Shown here: positions 26,878-36,323 of the stretch, piece after piece
Numbering within the stretch: the first letter of the stretch is position 1
How the letters are laid out: each line of letters starts with the position of its first letter
Origin: an uncultured Spirochaetales bacterium
Lineage (GTDB): Bacteria; Spirochaetota; Spirochaetia; Sphaerochaetales; Sphaerochaetaceae
Length of the DNA stretch: 64,000 nt
Assembly: GCA_949295505.1 (NCBI GenBank)
Contig: CASFLH010000017.1
Location: 61,793 to 125,792 of the forward strand
Direction of reading: 5' to 3'
The notes under the pieces: model-generated
Seen by the model: the letters and a program-made list of their open reading frames with translations, nothing else
Database searches by the model: none
Told to the model about the DNA's origin: nothing
Position numbers and translations under genes: made by a program

Positions 26878-28068
26878 TCAGCCTCTGGCTGCCGTGTAGA
26901 TTGCTTTTATGTCCTCTTTCTGAAGGACCTTGAACGCTCCCAGTGTGCGCTTGCCATGGAAGACTGCTTTATCAGCAAGCTCCTCGATTTCGCTGTCTGT
27001 AGGATTCCTGCCAAGAAGTTCCTTGATGCTGACAGGCATATTGATGCTGCGGAAATAATTCTCGAATGCAGCAATAGCCTTCTTTCCATCTTCCAGCGCA
27101 GAATTTGTCCTCTGGATACCGAAGATACCCGCACCAAGCTTTGCGAACCTCTCCGGCTCTTCTTCTATGACATAACGCGCCCATGTCGCCCAGATTGCGG
27201 TGAGACCTGCACCATGTGCCACGTCGAACATGCCGGAAAGCTCATGCTCCATCTGATGGCACGCCCAGTCACCACGCTGCTCGTTTCCTTCCTGCATGAG
27301 GCCGTTGTGCGAAAGGGAGGAAGCCCACATGAGATTCTTCCTTGCCTCGTAATCTTCCGGGTTCTCCAGGACTTTCAGCCCATTCTCGGTTATTGTCTTC
27401 AGCAGGGCTTCTGAAAGGGCTTCAGTCAGGGCGAGGGATTTGCCTGAGTGGAAGTATCTTTCAAGCGTGTGCATCATCATATCGGCAGTCCCGCATGATG
27501 TGTGATACGGCGGCACGGAGTATGTCAGCTCAGGGTCGAGAAGAGCGAATCTTGGCCTGCCATAATCTGAGTTGCATCCTCTCTTGAGGTCGCCGTCCTC
27601 ATTTGTGATGACAGAGCTGTCACTCATTTCGGATCCTGTTGCGGAGAGTGTCAGGATCACGCCTACAGGGAAGGCTCCCTGCGGTCTTTTCAGCCCGGCA
27701 TAGAAGTCCCAGACATCATCCCCTGATTCATCGAAGAGACCGTAAGCAATGGCTTTTGCGCTATCTATTACAGAGCCGCCACCAGCTGCTACGATGTAAT
27801 CAACACTCTCTTTCCTGCAGAGCTCTATTCCTTCTCTTACAAGTGAGACTCTCGGATTTGGTTTGACACCGCCAAGAGTGACATATCCGATACCCGCTTT
27901 ATCCAGCTGATCCGTAAGGCGCTTCATCAGGCCGTTTTTCACGATGCGTTCCGACCCATAATGGATAAGGACTTTCTTCGCACCATCTTTCTGCAGCTCT
28001 TCTCCGAGCTTGTCTTCTGCGCCTTTTCCGAGTGTCACTCTGGTAGGTGTCCATAGAAATGTTGCCAT
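26878..28068 (-). CDS. Iron-containing (group III) alcohol dehydrogenase, butanol-dehydrogenase-like
   Basis: AAGGGSVIDSAKAIA glycine-rich NAD(P) motif, a His-rich metal site (...HxxxH, HELSGMFDVAHGAG); 396 aa. Confidence 0.88.
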   Translation of the reverse strand: MATFLWTPTRVTLGKGAEDKLGEELQKDGAKKVLIHYGSERIVKNGLMKRLTDQLDKAGIGYVTLGGVKPNPRVSLVREGIELCRKESVDYIVAAGGGSVIDSAKAIAYGLFDESGDDVWDFYAGLKRPQGAFPVGVILTLSATGSEMSDSSVITNEDGDLKRGCNSDYGRPRFALLDPELTYSVPPYHTSCGTADMMMHTLERYFHSGKSLALTEALSEALLKTITENGLKVLENPEDYEARKNLMWASSLSHNGLMQEGNEQRGDWACHQMEHELSGMFDVAHGAGLTAIWATWARYVIEEEPERFAKLGAGIFGIQRTNSALEDGKKAIAAFENYFRSINMPVSIKELLGRNPTDSEIEELADKAVFHGKRTLGAFKVLQKEDIKAIYTAARG

Positions 28069-28086
28069 ATTGTTCTCCTTTTCTGT

Positions 28087-31008
28087 TTATTCTCCCTGTT
28101 CACTGATTATCGCTTTCCCGTCTATGCCGCTCGCTTTTATGACAAGAGGTTTCTCCGTCCTTACGGCGAGGAAATGCTCAGTCTCCTTTACAACCGGCAG
28201 CTTTGCAATCTCATCAAAGCGGAAGATGCCATCTCCGAACATCGGGTTGATGGTCAGATAGATGCAGCCGAGGGATGTCATGTTCTGGAAAAAATGCGTT
28301 CCCTGGCTTGGTTCTACCTGAAGTTCCTTGAGACCAGTCTCGACTATCACATGTGCCTTGGATATCTGTGACCAGGTGCATGGAATGCCGAGCCACCTGT
28401 CGGAAGAGCCGAGTCTTCCTGCTGCGATAAGCACGTAATAGCCATCAGCCTCCTTATTCAGGATCTCAAGCTCATGTGCCATCTCAACCATGCTCTTCCT
28501 GTCAAAGGCCTCGGGTTTGATCGTGATTATCTCCCTTATATCCTCCACGATGCCGTTGCCCATCACTTTCTCCGCATAGATGAGAGCTGAATCAATGTCC
28601 TCGGCTGATATAGGGACATCTGTATATCCTGTCGTCCCTGATATCGGACGGATCTGCAGTATTGAGAAATCCGGTCTGTCTCCATGTTCTATGTTGACAG
28701 CGAATTCTATCTCGACAGGTTCAGCCATGGCATTGGTGCCGAGCTTGAGCATGTCATCAACGACTTTGGCGAGTGGTATGGTCTCATATTTCAGAACACC
28801 ATTGAATGTAAGCATCTTCATGCCTTCCGCCCTTGTCGATTCTGAGATCATGCCCGTGTATGGATCGAGGGTGGAGGCGATGCCGCGGAATGCCTTGGGG
28901 TATCTGACTGTCTCGGGCTCAATCGGAAGCTGGACCAGATTGTCTGAATTCCTTTCCGGATCGAAGCGCCCCTCAAGCGAAAGGGCATAGAAACGATCCT
29001 GTACGGAGGATTCCCCTGTTAGGGAGTCTGATGGCATCCTCGGCTTGGCAGGACAGAATCTCAGCGCGGTTCCTTCATCCACGATTGTCTTTCCCAATCC
29101 GAAGGAAAGCATGCCGACCCCATCTTCCGCTTTCTGTCCCGGCACGGGATAGTAGTTCAGGGATCTTGCTACCCCGGAAATGTTAGGATACCAGTATGAC
29201 CCATGTTCCGAGCCCGTCACCTGCTGCAGGATGACAGCCATTTTCTCCTCTTCCGGGGAATGGAGCGTGCTTCTCAGGTATTCGCGTGCCGTACTGAAAT
29301 AAGTGGATGCCCAGACGGTTTTCACGGATCTTATCAGATCATCAAGTCTTTCCTCATCACTGCCGCGATTCGAGATCATAGTGGTCTGATAGACACCGGC
29401 GAAGGGCTGGAAATGTGAATCCTCAAGAAGGGATGAGGAGCGGATAGAAAGGGGCTTGGTGATAACCCTGAGAATGGCTTTCAGGTCTTTTGTGAGATCT
29501 TCCGGCATTCTTCCGGAGAGGAATATCCTCAGAATCGCATCATCATCCATTTCCTGGAAATCCTGACAGCTGAACCCGTTTTCCTCCATGAAGAGATCGA
29601 AGAGCTCCGTCGTGATCACTATTGTGCGCGGTATCGAAAGATAAAGAGAAGGGTAGAGCTGACTGATGCCGTTAGCTTTCATCTCCATCGCTATGAAGGC
29701 CAGCCCTCTTCCTTTTCCTCCCAGGGAGCCGTTGCCGATTCTTGCGAAAAGCACGGTCTCATCGTATGCGGAAGAGGAGAACTGGGCTATGACGCCGCGC
29801 GTGCGTTCGATTCTGTAGTCTCGGATTGTCGTATACAGGAGGTCCCTGACCTCCTTGTCGCCCATGCCTGTGTCCAGATTTATGTTCTTGATCTTCGCGG
29901 CAAGCATGTACAGGGACTGCGCCCTGAGCCAGCGTGAGAAGTCATTGCGCTTTGAATGATAGCGGAAGGATGGGAGCGGTAGATCCCTCAGAGTCTCCTG
30001 TACTTCCTTCATCGTGTTCGCCCTCGCGATTTCCGTTCCGGTCTCAGGGTCAATGAAGATAAAAGGCCCGAAGTTATAGTATCTGAGGAAATGCTTTTCC
30101 AGTTCCTGCAGGAGAGAAGGAGAGAGTTTCCAGAGGAAATCTGCGCCAATCCTGTCCGCATCGGCCTTGTTTGCCTTTTCCGTGCTCTGTATGAGAATCG
30201 GGACTTCAGGGTTGTCCTCACGGATTGCATCGGCAAGCCTCAGTCCAGAGCCCTCTGAACCCTTATCTGATGGGAAATTTATATCCGTGATGATTCCTAA
30301 AATATTCGCGCGGTACTCCGAATAGAGTTCCCAAGCCTCTTTGTAATCGGAGGCGAGCAGGATCTTAGGGCGTCCACGCATTCTGAGGGTCTTCCCCCAT
30401 TCATTAAGTGCCTCCAGGATTGAAAGCCTGTTCTGCCTGATGAGGCAGAGATACATCTGGGGCAGGAAGGAAGAGATGAAGCGTACGGAGTCCTCCACGA
30501 GTATTATGACCTGCACATCAGCTTCATCAGTATCATGCTTGACGTTCATCCGGTCTTCGATGAGCTTGACCATAGCAAGGAAGAGGGCAGCGTTTCCCTG
30601 CCAGTAGAATAGATAATCTATATAAGGGCAGTTCTCTCCTCTCAGTTCCTTTGCCTTCCTGTGGTCAGGAGAGGGGGACAGCGCGATTACGGGCATCTCC
30701 GGCTTTCGCTCCTTGATGGCTTTCGCCAGTCCTTCTACTCTGTTTGTGCCTAGATCCAGCATGGAGATGACAAGGTCGAACTGCTGATGATCTATCATGG
30801 ACAAAGCCATTTCCTCGGAGGAGACATGCGTTATTTTCGGGGGGCTTGAGAGTCCAAGCGTTGTATATTCCTTGTAAAGCTCTTCCTCAACTCTTCCGTC
30901 TTCCTCAAGCATGAACCTGTCGTAATCGGAGCAGATGAGGAGAACGCTGTAGACATGCCGCAGCATCAGGTTCGCGAAAGGCAGCCATGTCTGGTCAAGG
31001 AGGTACAT
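28087..31008 (-). CDS. Double receiver-domain protein fused to a PEP/pyruvate-binding (PPDK_N ATP-grasp) domain; substrate unknown
   Basis: Start set at ATG 31008 (MYLLDQTW...), overlapping the stop of the upstream small gene. REC-like 1 has DLVISMLDLG. REC 2 has VIILVEDS ... GIITDINFP. The PPDK_N motif is GNGSLGGKGRGLAFI. The C-terminal block is PSQGTHFFQN. Confidence 0.8.
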   Translation of the reverse strand: MYLLDQTWLPFANLMLRHVYSVLLICSDYDRFMLEEDGRVEEELYKEYTTLGLSSPPKITHVSSEEMALSMIDHQQFDLVISMLDLGTNRVEGLAKAIKERKPEMPVIALSPSPDHRKAKELRGENCPYIDYLFYWQGNAALFLAMVKLIEDRMNVKHDTDEADVQVIILVEDSVRFISSFLPQMYLCLIRQNRLSILEALNEWGKTLRMRGRPKILLASDYKEAWELYSEYRANILGIITDINFPSDKGSEGSGLRLADAIREDNPEVPILIQSTEKANKADADRIGADFLWKLSPSLLQELEKHFLRYYNFGPFIFIDPETGTEIARANTMKEVQETLRDLPLPSFRYHSKRNDFSRWLRAQSLYMLAAKIKNINLDTGMGDKEVRDLLYTTIRDYRIERTRGVIAQFSSSAYDETVLFARIGNGSLGGKGRGLAFIAMEMKANGISQLYPSLYLSIPRTIVITTELFDLFMEENGFSCQDFQEMDDDAILRIFLSGRMPEDLTKDLKAILRVITKPLSIRSSSLLEDSHFQPFAGVYQTTMISNRGSDEERLDDLIRSVKTVWASTYFSTAREYLRSTLHSPEEEKMAVILQQVTGSEHGSYWYPNISGVARSLNYYPVPGQKAEDGVGMLSFGLGKTIVDEGTALRFCPAKPRMPSDSLTGESSVQDRFYALSLEGRFDPERNSDNLVQLPIEPETVRYPKAFRGIASTLDPYTGMISESTRAEGMKMLTFNGVLKYETIPLAKVVDDMLKLGTNAMAEPVEIEFAVNIEHGDRPDFSILQIRPISGTTGYTDVPISAEDIDSALIYAEKVMGNGIVEDIREIITIKPEAFDRKSMVEMAHELEILNKEADGYYVLIAAGRLGSSDRWLGIPCTWSQISKAHVIVETGLKELQVEPSQGTHFFQNMTSLGCIYLTINPMFGDGIFRFDEIAKLPVVKETEHFLAVRTEKPLVIKASGIDGKAIISEQGE

Positions 31009-31208
31009 CAGTTCCCTTTTCTCCTTGCCATCAGCTTCCGGACGAGGCCGTATACAGCCGCTGAGGCGGTGATGATGACGATGATACCCCATGTTCTGAG
31101 ATATGTATCCGATAGTGGTTTCATGAGGATTGAGATAATCATCACAGCCAGTTCTGCCGCGAGGAGAATCATTGCGACCGTGTATATTACCCTGTCGATT
31201 CTGTTCAT
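31008..31208 (-). CDS. 66-aa two-TM membrane protein, translationally coupled to the REC-PPDK_N gene
   Basis: MNRIDRVIYTVAMILLAAELAVMIISILM...WGIIVIITASAAVYGLVRKLMARRKGN has two hydrophobic helices and a basic tail. TGATG overlap at 31006-31010. Confidence 0.45.
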   Translation of the reverse strand: MNRIDRVIYTVAMILLAAELAVMIISILMKPLSDTYLRTWGIIVIITASAAVYGLVRKLMARRKGN

Positions 31209-31385
31209 AGCCAGAGTATAGCACAAAGAAAAAGCCGTGTAATATTCATGAAATTGCAAAAAATACGTATATTCATTCATTTTATTATTCACATATGGTT
31301 CCGTTCTATGTATCATGAACCCAACTTGGACGAATTTCCGTTCAGGACCGAAAAGGGTGAGGGGACTTACCCGAAGGAGGGGAAT

Positions 31386-32558
31386 ATGAAGAAGAGACTG
31401 TGCCTGGTGCTGTTGATGCTGATGGCGGTTTCAATGGTTTTCGCAGGTGGATCCAGTGAAGATGATTCAAATGTTGTCAGAATCGGTGTCTTTGAGCCAG
31501 CTTCAGGCGATAACGGCGCTGGCGGAAAGCAGGAGACGCTGGGTATCCAGTATGCGAACTATCTCACTCCTACCGTGACAATCGGCGATGCAGAGTATAC
31601 GGTGGAGCTTGTCATCGCAGATAATGAAAGCTCAAACGACAGGGCTGCGACAGCCGCTGCCACGCTCGTCAATTCCGATGTGTCGGTTGTTCTTGGTTCC
31701 TATGGCTCTGGTGTATCAATCGCAGGAAGCGATACATTCCGCATCGCTGGTGTCCCTGCTGTCGGAATCACATGCACCAACCCGCAGGTAACGGAGGGGA
31801 ACACACATTATTTCCGTATCTGCTATCTTGATCCGTTCCAGGGTACTGTTCTTGCCAACTATGCTTATGACACGCTTGGAGCCAGAAAGGTATACTGTCT
31901 TGCAAAGCTCGGCGATGATTATTCCGGCGGTCTTGTAAATTACTTTGTCGAACGCTTCACAGCACTTGGTGGCGAGGTTGTTTCCGAGACATTCCCTGAA
32001 GGCAACAGTGATTTCACTTCCTACATTGCCAATGCGAAGAACAGCGGATGCGAGGTGTTCTTCTCACCTGTGTCCACTGAAGCTGCCCAGCTGATCATCA
32101 ACCAGTCTGATAGCCAGGATCTCGGAATGCCGATTCTTGCAGGCGATACATGGGACTCGAATGTCATTCTTCAGGCAGCAAAGGGCAAGAATGCCGATAT
32201 AACCGTGACGACATTCTATCCTGAAGGAGCTGATCCGGAGTTCGATGCCGCGTTCAAGGAATGGGTGAATGCAGATTCCACGCGTCTCTCGAATAATGGT
32301 GGTGATGACACGATCTCCGCTGTAACGGCAATGGGCTATGACGCATATTACTTCGCGCTCCAGGCAATCCAGAATGCCGGAAGCAAGGATCCTGCGGATG
32401 TCATGGAAGCTCTCTGGGACACAGAGATTGATGGTGTGACAGGACACATAGCCCTTGATGATGTCAACGGGGATGCAATCCGCAACACGGTATATGTAAA
32501 GCATGCGAATACCGAGACAGGCGGATGGGATGCTCTTCCCGCTGTTGTTGTTGACTGA
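31386..32558 (+). CDS. Branched-chain amino-acid ABC transporter substrate-binding protein (LivJ/K-like)
   Basis: RBS GAAGGAGG. Signal peptide MKKRLCLVLLMLMAVSMVFAGGSSED. Type I PBP pattern (VRIGVFEPASG ... VVLGSYGSG). Confidence 0.85.
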   Translation: MKKRLCLVLLMLMAVSMVFAGGSSEDDSNVVRIGVFEPASGDNGAGGKQETLGIQYANYLTPTVTIGDAEYTVELVIADNESSNDRAATAAATLVNSDVSVVLGSYGSGVSIAGSDTFRIAGVPAVGITCTNPQVTEGNTHYFRICYLDPFQGTVLANYAYDTLGARKVYCLAKLGDDYSGGLVNYFVERFTALGGEVVSETFPEGNSDFTSYIANAKNSGCEVFFSPVSTEAAQLIINQSDSQDLGMPILAGDTWDSNVILQAAKGKNADITVTTFYPEGADPEFDAAFKEWVNADSTRLSNNGGDDTISAVTAMGYDAYYFALQAIQNAGSKDPADVMEALWDTEIDGVTGHIALDDVNGDAIRNTVYVKHANTETGGWDALPAVVVD

Positions 32559-32578
32559 TAATCAGAAAGTCACATTAT

Positions 32579-32611
32579 GCGGCAGGGATTTCCTGCCGCA
32601 ATCTTCTTTTC
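32579..32611 (+). terminator. Intercistronic hairpin / partial terminator after the LIV binding-protein gene
   Basis: TGCGGCAGG-gattt-CCTGCCGCA followed by ATCTTCTTTT, located between the SBP stop and the livH RBS. Confidence 0.5.
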
Positions 32612-32621
32612 AGGAGTTCTT

Positions 32622-33536
32622 ATGATTGAGTTCCTTCATCATAATCTTTCATATTTTCTTTCCGGCATATCAGTAGGGGGGCAGTATGCGCTTATAGCTA
32701 TCGGGTATACGATGGTCTATGGCATCCTGCGCCTGATCAACTTCGCCCATGGCGATGTTTTCATGTGTGCCGGTCTCATGATGGTCTATCTTTCTGCAAC
32801 GCTGCCGTTCGCGCTCTCTGTTCCTCTTGTGCTTGTCATGACCGTCGTGCTCGGATTTCTTATCGAGCGTGTTGCTTACAGACCTCTCAGAAGCGCGCCG
32901 AGAATGTCTGTGATGATAAGCGCCATCGGAGTTTCGTACCTTCTGCAGAACGCTGCTCTCTATTTTACCGGAGGACTTGCGAAGGTTTATCCAGCTCTGC
33001 CATGGCTCTCATCTTCTGTTGTCATATGGGATGCATCAACAAGGGTTGTGACGATTGTCACTCCGCTGCTGACCGTGGTTCTTGTCGTGCTCCTGACGAT
33101 GCTTATAAAGCACACGAAGATAGGCATGGCAATGAGAGCGGTATCGAGAGATTTCGAGACAAGCCAGCTGATGGGAATCAGAATCAACAAGGTAATTTCC
33201 ATAACCTTCATGATCGGCTCCCTGCTTGCTGCCGTTGCCTCTTTTCTGTATTTCACGAATTACGCGTCCGTCACACCGACAAGCGGTGCCATGCCAGGTC
33301 TTAAGGCTTTCGTTGCCGCTGTTTTCGGTGGCATCGGGTCGATACCTGGAGCAGTCATAGGTGCATTCATCATCGGAATATGCGAGAACATCATCAAGGG
33401 CGGCGCATCCATATTCGGTATCCCGGGTTCCGGATGGACAACGTTCTCAGATGCTTTCACGTTCGCGTTCCTCATCGTCATTCTCGTTGTAAAGCCAACC
33501 GGTCTTTTCGGTGAGAAGGCCGTAGACAAGGTGTGA
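32622..33536 (+). CDS. livH: Branched-chain amino-acid ABC transporter permease
   Basis: GGQYALIAIGYTMVYGILRLINFAHGDVFM is nearly colinear with the E. coli LivH N-terminus. ATG 32622 follows CAGGAG. Confidence 0.88.
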   Translation: MIEFLHHNLSYFLSGISVGGQYALIAIGYTMVYGILRLINFAHGDVFMCAGLMMVYLSATLPFALSVPLVLVMTVVLGFLIERVAYRPLRSAPRMSVMISAIGVSYLLQNAALYFTGGLAKVYPALPWLSSSVVIWDASTRVVTIVTPLLTVVLVVLLTMLIKHTKIGMAMRAVSRDFETSQLMGIRINKVISITFMIGSLLAAVASFLYFTNYASVTPTSGAMPGLKAFVAAVFGGIGSIPGAVIGAFIIGICENIIKGGASIFGIPGSGWTTFSDAFTFAFLIVILVVKPTGLFGEKAVDKV

Positions 33537-33546
33537 GGAGGTGGCT

Positions 33547-34671
33547 ATGGACAGAGAAAAAAGAAATCATCTGATCAGGCTTTTCGTCGCGATTGCCGCC
33601 GTTTACCTTGTTGTGCTGGTGCTTGAGTTCACTCTCAGGCCGACAAGCGTCCTCTTCACTGTTCTGCGCAAAGGCGCCATTTATTCGCTTGTTGCGGTAT
33701 CCATGAACCTTCTGAATGGCTTTACCGGCCTTTTCTCCCTTGGGCAGGCAGGTTTCATGCTTCTCGGGGCATATACCTATGCGATCCTGACGATGCCCGT
33801 AAGCGTCAAGGAATCTGAAAGAGTATATAAATATTACGAATGCATAGTGGGATTTGATACGGGGTCCTTTATTGGACTGATAGCGGCGGGGCTTGTCGCT
33901 GCGTTCTTTGCCTTCCTTATCGGCTTGCCTGTACTGCGCCTCAAGTCTGATTACCTTGCCATTGCGACACTGGGCTTTGCGGAAATCGTGAGGGCGATCT
34001 TCCAGTGGGACGTTCTGGGACCGCTGACAAATGGCGCGAACCTTCTGAGGGAATACAAGGATCTCTCGCGTATCACGCTTCCGTTTACGGACATACCATT
34101 CCCTCCGACCCTTTTCGTCTTCATAGTAGCCGGTGTCTGCATACTCCTTATTGTGCTGCTGATCAATTCTTCATACGGCAGGGCATTCAAGGCAATAAGG
34201 GATGACGAGACGGCGGCAGAGGCAATGGGAATCAATCTTTTCAGGCACAAGGAGCTCTCTTTTGTCATCTCCTCGTTCTTTGCGGGCATTTCCGGTGCGC
34301 TTCTTGCCGCATTCCAGTACACTGTCCAGGCGCAGCAGTTCAAATCCATGATGACATATGAGATCCTGCTTATTGTTGTTATCGGGGGAATCGGTTCCAT
34401 TTCCGGTTCTTGTATTGCCTCTTTCCTGTATATCGCGCTCTCAGAGTGGTGGCTCCGTGGGCTGGACATGGGGAAATTCCTGGGAATTGCAGCCCCGGAT
34501 CTCTTCCGTTCGGGATTCAGAAGGCTTGTTTTCTCCGTCATCATCATGATAATCGTTCTCTTCTTCTCAAGAGGAATCATGGGAGATAAGGAGCTTTCAT
34601 ATGGGCGCATGAAGGATTGGGCTTGCAGGCTTGTCAGAGGCCGCAGGACAAAGAAGGAGGCAGCGAAATGA
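33547..34671 (+). CDS. livM: Branched-chain amino-acid ABC transporter permease
   Basis: LNGFTGLFSLGQAGFMLLGAYT is a LivM-type motif. RBS GAGGAGG precedes ATG 33547. Confidence 0.88.
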   Translation: MDREKRNHLIRLFVAIAAVYLVVLVLEFTLRPTSVLFTVLRKGAIYSLVAVSMNLLNGFTGLFSLGQAGFMLLGAYTYAILTMPVSVKESERVYKYYECIVGFDTGSFIGLIAAGLVAAFFAFLIGLPVLRLKSDYLAIATLGFAEIVRAIFQWDVLGPLTNGANLLREYKDLSRITLPFTDIPFPPTLFVFIVAGVCILLIVLLINSSYGRAFKAIRDDETAAEAMGINLFRHKELSFVISSFFAGISGALLAAFQYTVQAQQFKSMMTYEILLIVVIGGIGSISGSCIASFLYIALSEWWLRGLDMGKFLGIAAPDLFRSGFRRLVFSVIIMIIVLFFSRGIMGDKELSYGRMKDWACRLVRGRRTKKEAAK

Positions 34672-35513
34672 AGAAACTGCTTCAGCTTGAGCATGTGACA
34701 ATGCAGTTCGGCGGCGTTGTGGCTGTCAATAATCTCTCGATGCATGTGGGGGAAGGGGAGATTGTTGCGCTCATCGGTCCGAATGGCGCGGGAAAGACAA
34801 CGGCTTTCAATTGCATTACCGGCGTCTATGAACCGACAAATGGGCGTATTGTCTATGACGGGAATCCTATTATCGTGAATCATCCTACAGGGAAGATGAG
34901 AAAAGCGTATGCCGGTTATGAGGCGGAGCGTTTCATAGGAGAGAAGACATTGGATCCGACCCCTGATGAGATCACGAAGCTCGGCATAGCCCGTACCTTC
35001 CAGAACATCAGGCTTTTCAAGAGCATGACGGTCTTTGAGAATGTCCTTACAGCCATGCATGTCAGGGCAAGGGAGAATGTATTCTCCGCGGTTTTCCGTC
35101 TCAGCTGGAAGGAAGAGCGCGAGATGGAGAAAGCGGCAGAGAAGCTGCTTGAGGAGCAGGGTCTTCTGTCTCACCGGGACGAGAAGGCGACAAGCCTCCC
35201 TTATGGACTGCAGCGCAGGCTTGAAATCGCAAGGGCCCTGGCCACGCGTCCCCGTCTGCTTCTGCTTGATGAGCCTGCTGCCGGCATGAACCCTCAGGAG
35301 ACACAGGAGCTTTCGGCTTTTATAAAAGAAATCAAGGAGCGTTATGACCTCACGGTCCTGATGATCGAGCATCATATGGATCTCGTCATGAACATCTCCG
35401 ACAGGATTTATGTTCTTGATTTCGGTTCGCTGATTGCTGAGGGCACTCCTGCGGAGGTGCAGGATGATCAGCGCGTTATCGATGCTTATCTGGGGGTGAG
35501 CGAGGATGTTTGA
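34668..35513 (+). CDS. livG: Branched-chain amino-acid ABC transporter ATP-binding protein
   Basis: Walker A GPNGAGKTT, LPYGLQRRLEIARAL, LLLLDEPAAGMNP. ATGA overlap with livM. Confidence 0.9.
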   Translation: MKKLLQLEHVTMQFGGVVAVNNLSMHVGEGEIVALIGPNGAGKTTAFNCITGVYEPTNGRIVYDGNPIIVNHPTGKMRKAYAGYEAERFIGEKTLDPTPDEITKLGIARTFQNIRLFKSMTVFENVLTAMHVRARENVFSAVFRLSWKEEREMEKAAEKLLEEQGLLSHRDEKATSLPYGLQRRLEIARALATRPRLLLLDEPAAGMNPQETQELSAFIKEIKERYDLTVLMIEHHMDLVMNISDRIYVLDFGSLIAEGTPAEVQDDQRVIDAYLGVSEDV

Positions 35514-36204
35514 GATTCGTGGGCTTTCCGTCAATTACGGAGGAATAGAAGCGGTCAGGGATATTTCATTCTCTGTTGAGGAAGGGACGATAGTGACGCT
35601 CATCGGAGCCAATGGCGCCGGAAAGTCAACAACGCTCAGGACAATCGCAGGGCTTGTGAAGCCCCGGAGCGGGAAGATCGAGTTCATGGGTGAGGACATA
35701 ACCGGAAAAGATCCAGCCTATATCGTCGGCAGAGGTATCACGATGGTGCCGGAGGGAAGGAAGATATTCCCGGATTTGACGGTTCTTGAGAACCTCAGGA
35801 TCGGTGCTTATCTCAGGAAGGACAACATCGAGGGCGATCTGGATTGGGTTTTCTCCCTTTTCCCGCGACTTAAGGAACGTAGCTGGCAGTACGGGGGAAC
35901 GCTTTCCGGCGGTGAGCAGCAGATGCTTGCGGTGGGAAGGGCGCTGATGTCACGTCCAAAGATGATAATGATGGATGAGCCTTCTCTTGGTCTTGCCCCT
36001 CTTATCGTGCGTGACATCTTCTCTATCATGCGTGAGATAAACAAGGAAGGTGTCACGATTCTCCTTGTCGAGCAGAACGCGAATATGGCGCTTCAGGTTG
36101 CTGATATGGGTTATGTCATGGAGACAGGTGTCATCACTCTCTCTGGACGCGGTTCTGACCTGATTTCGGACGAGGCGGTGAAAAAAGCCTACCTGGGTAA
36201 GTGA
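35506..36204 (+). CDS. livF: Branched-chain amino-acid ABC transporter ATP-binding protein
   Basis: GANGAGKST, LSGGEQQMLAVGRAL, IMMDEPSLGLAP. 8-nt overlap with livG. Confidence 0.9.
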   Translation: MFEIRGLSVNYGGIEAVRDISFSVEEGTIVTLIGANGAGKSTTLRTIAGLVKPRSGKIEFMGEDITGKDPAYIVGRGITMVPEGRKIFPDLTVLENLRIGAYLRKDNIEGDLDWVFSLFPRLKERSWQYGGTLSGGEQQMLAVGRALMSRPKMIMMDEPSLGLAPLIVRDIFSIMREINKEGVTILLVEQNANMALQVADMGYVMETGVITLSGRGSDLISDEAVKKAYLGK

Positions 36205-36237
36205 GATAATCTGAAGATATTATAAATGATTTTAATG

Positions 36238-36280
36238 GATACATCAGAAATCGAGAGATAATCTGATGTATCTTTCTGTT
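36238..36280 (+). terminator. Candidate terminator after the LIV operon
   Basis: GATACATCAGA (36238-36248) pairs perfectly with TCTGATGTATC (36262-36272), followed by TTTCTGTT. Confidence 0.55.
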
Positions 36281-36323
36281 GACTGATGGATTGCCCTGTC
36301 TTAAGCTGAAATCGGAGGATGCT

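Noticed and set aside
31009-31224. N-terminal 72-aa extension of the REC-PPDK_N ORF, including a His-rich HRHHHR stretch
   Set aside because: The extension overlaps the better-supported small membrane protein in another frame. The ATG at 31008 forms a TGATG coupling junction, and the receiver-like fold begins right after it.
33951-35534. 527-aa ORF on the minus strand
   Set aside because: It lies entirely antisense to livM/livG/livF, which have unmistakable ABC motifs. Its translation is low-complexity with no motif, RBS or operon logic, so it is a typical shadow ORF.
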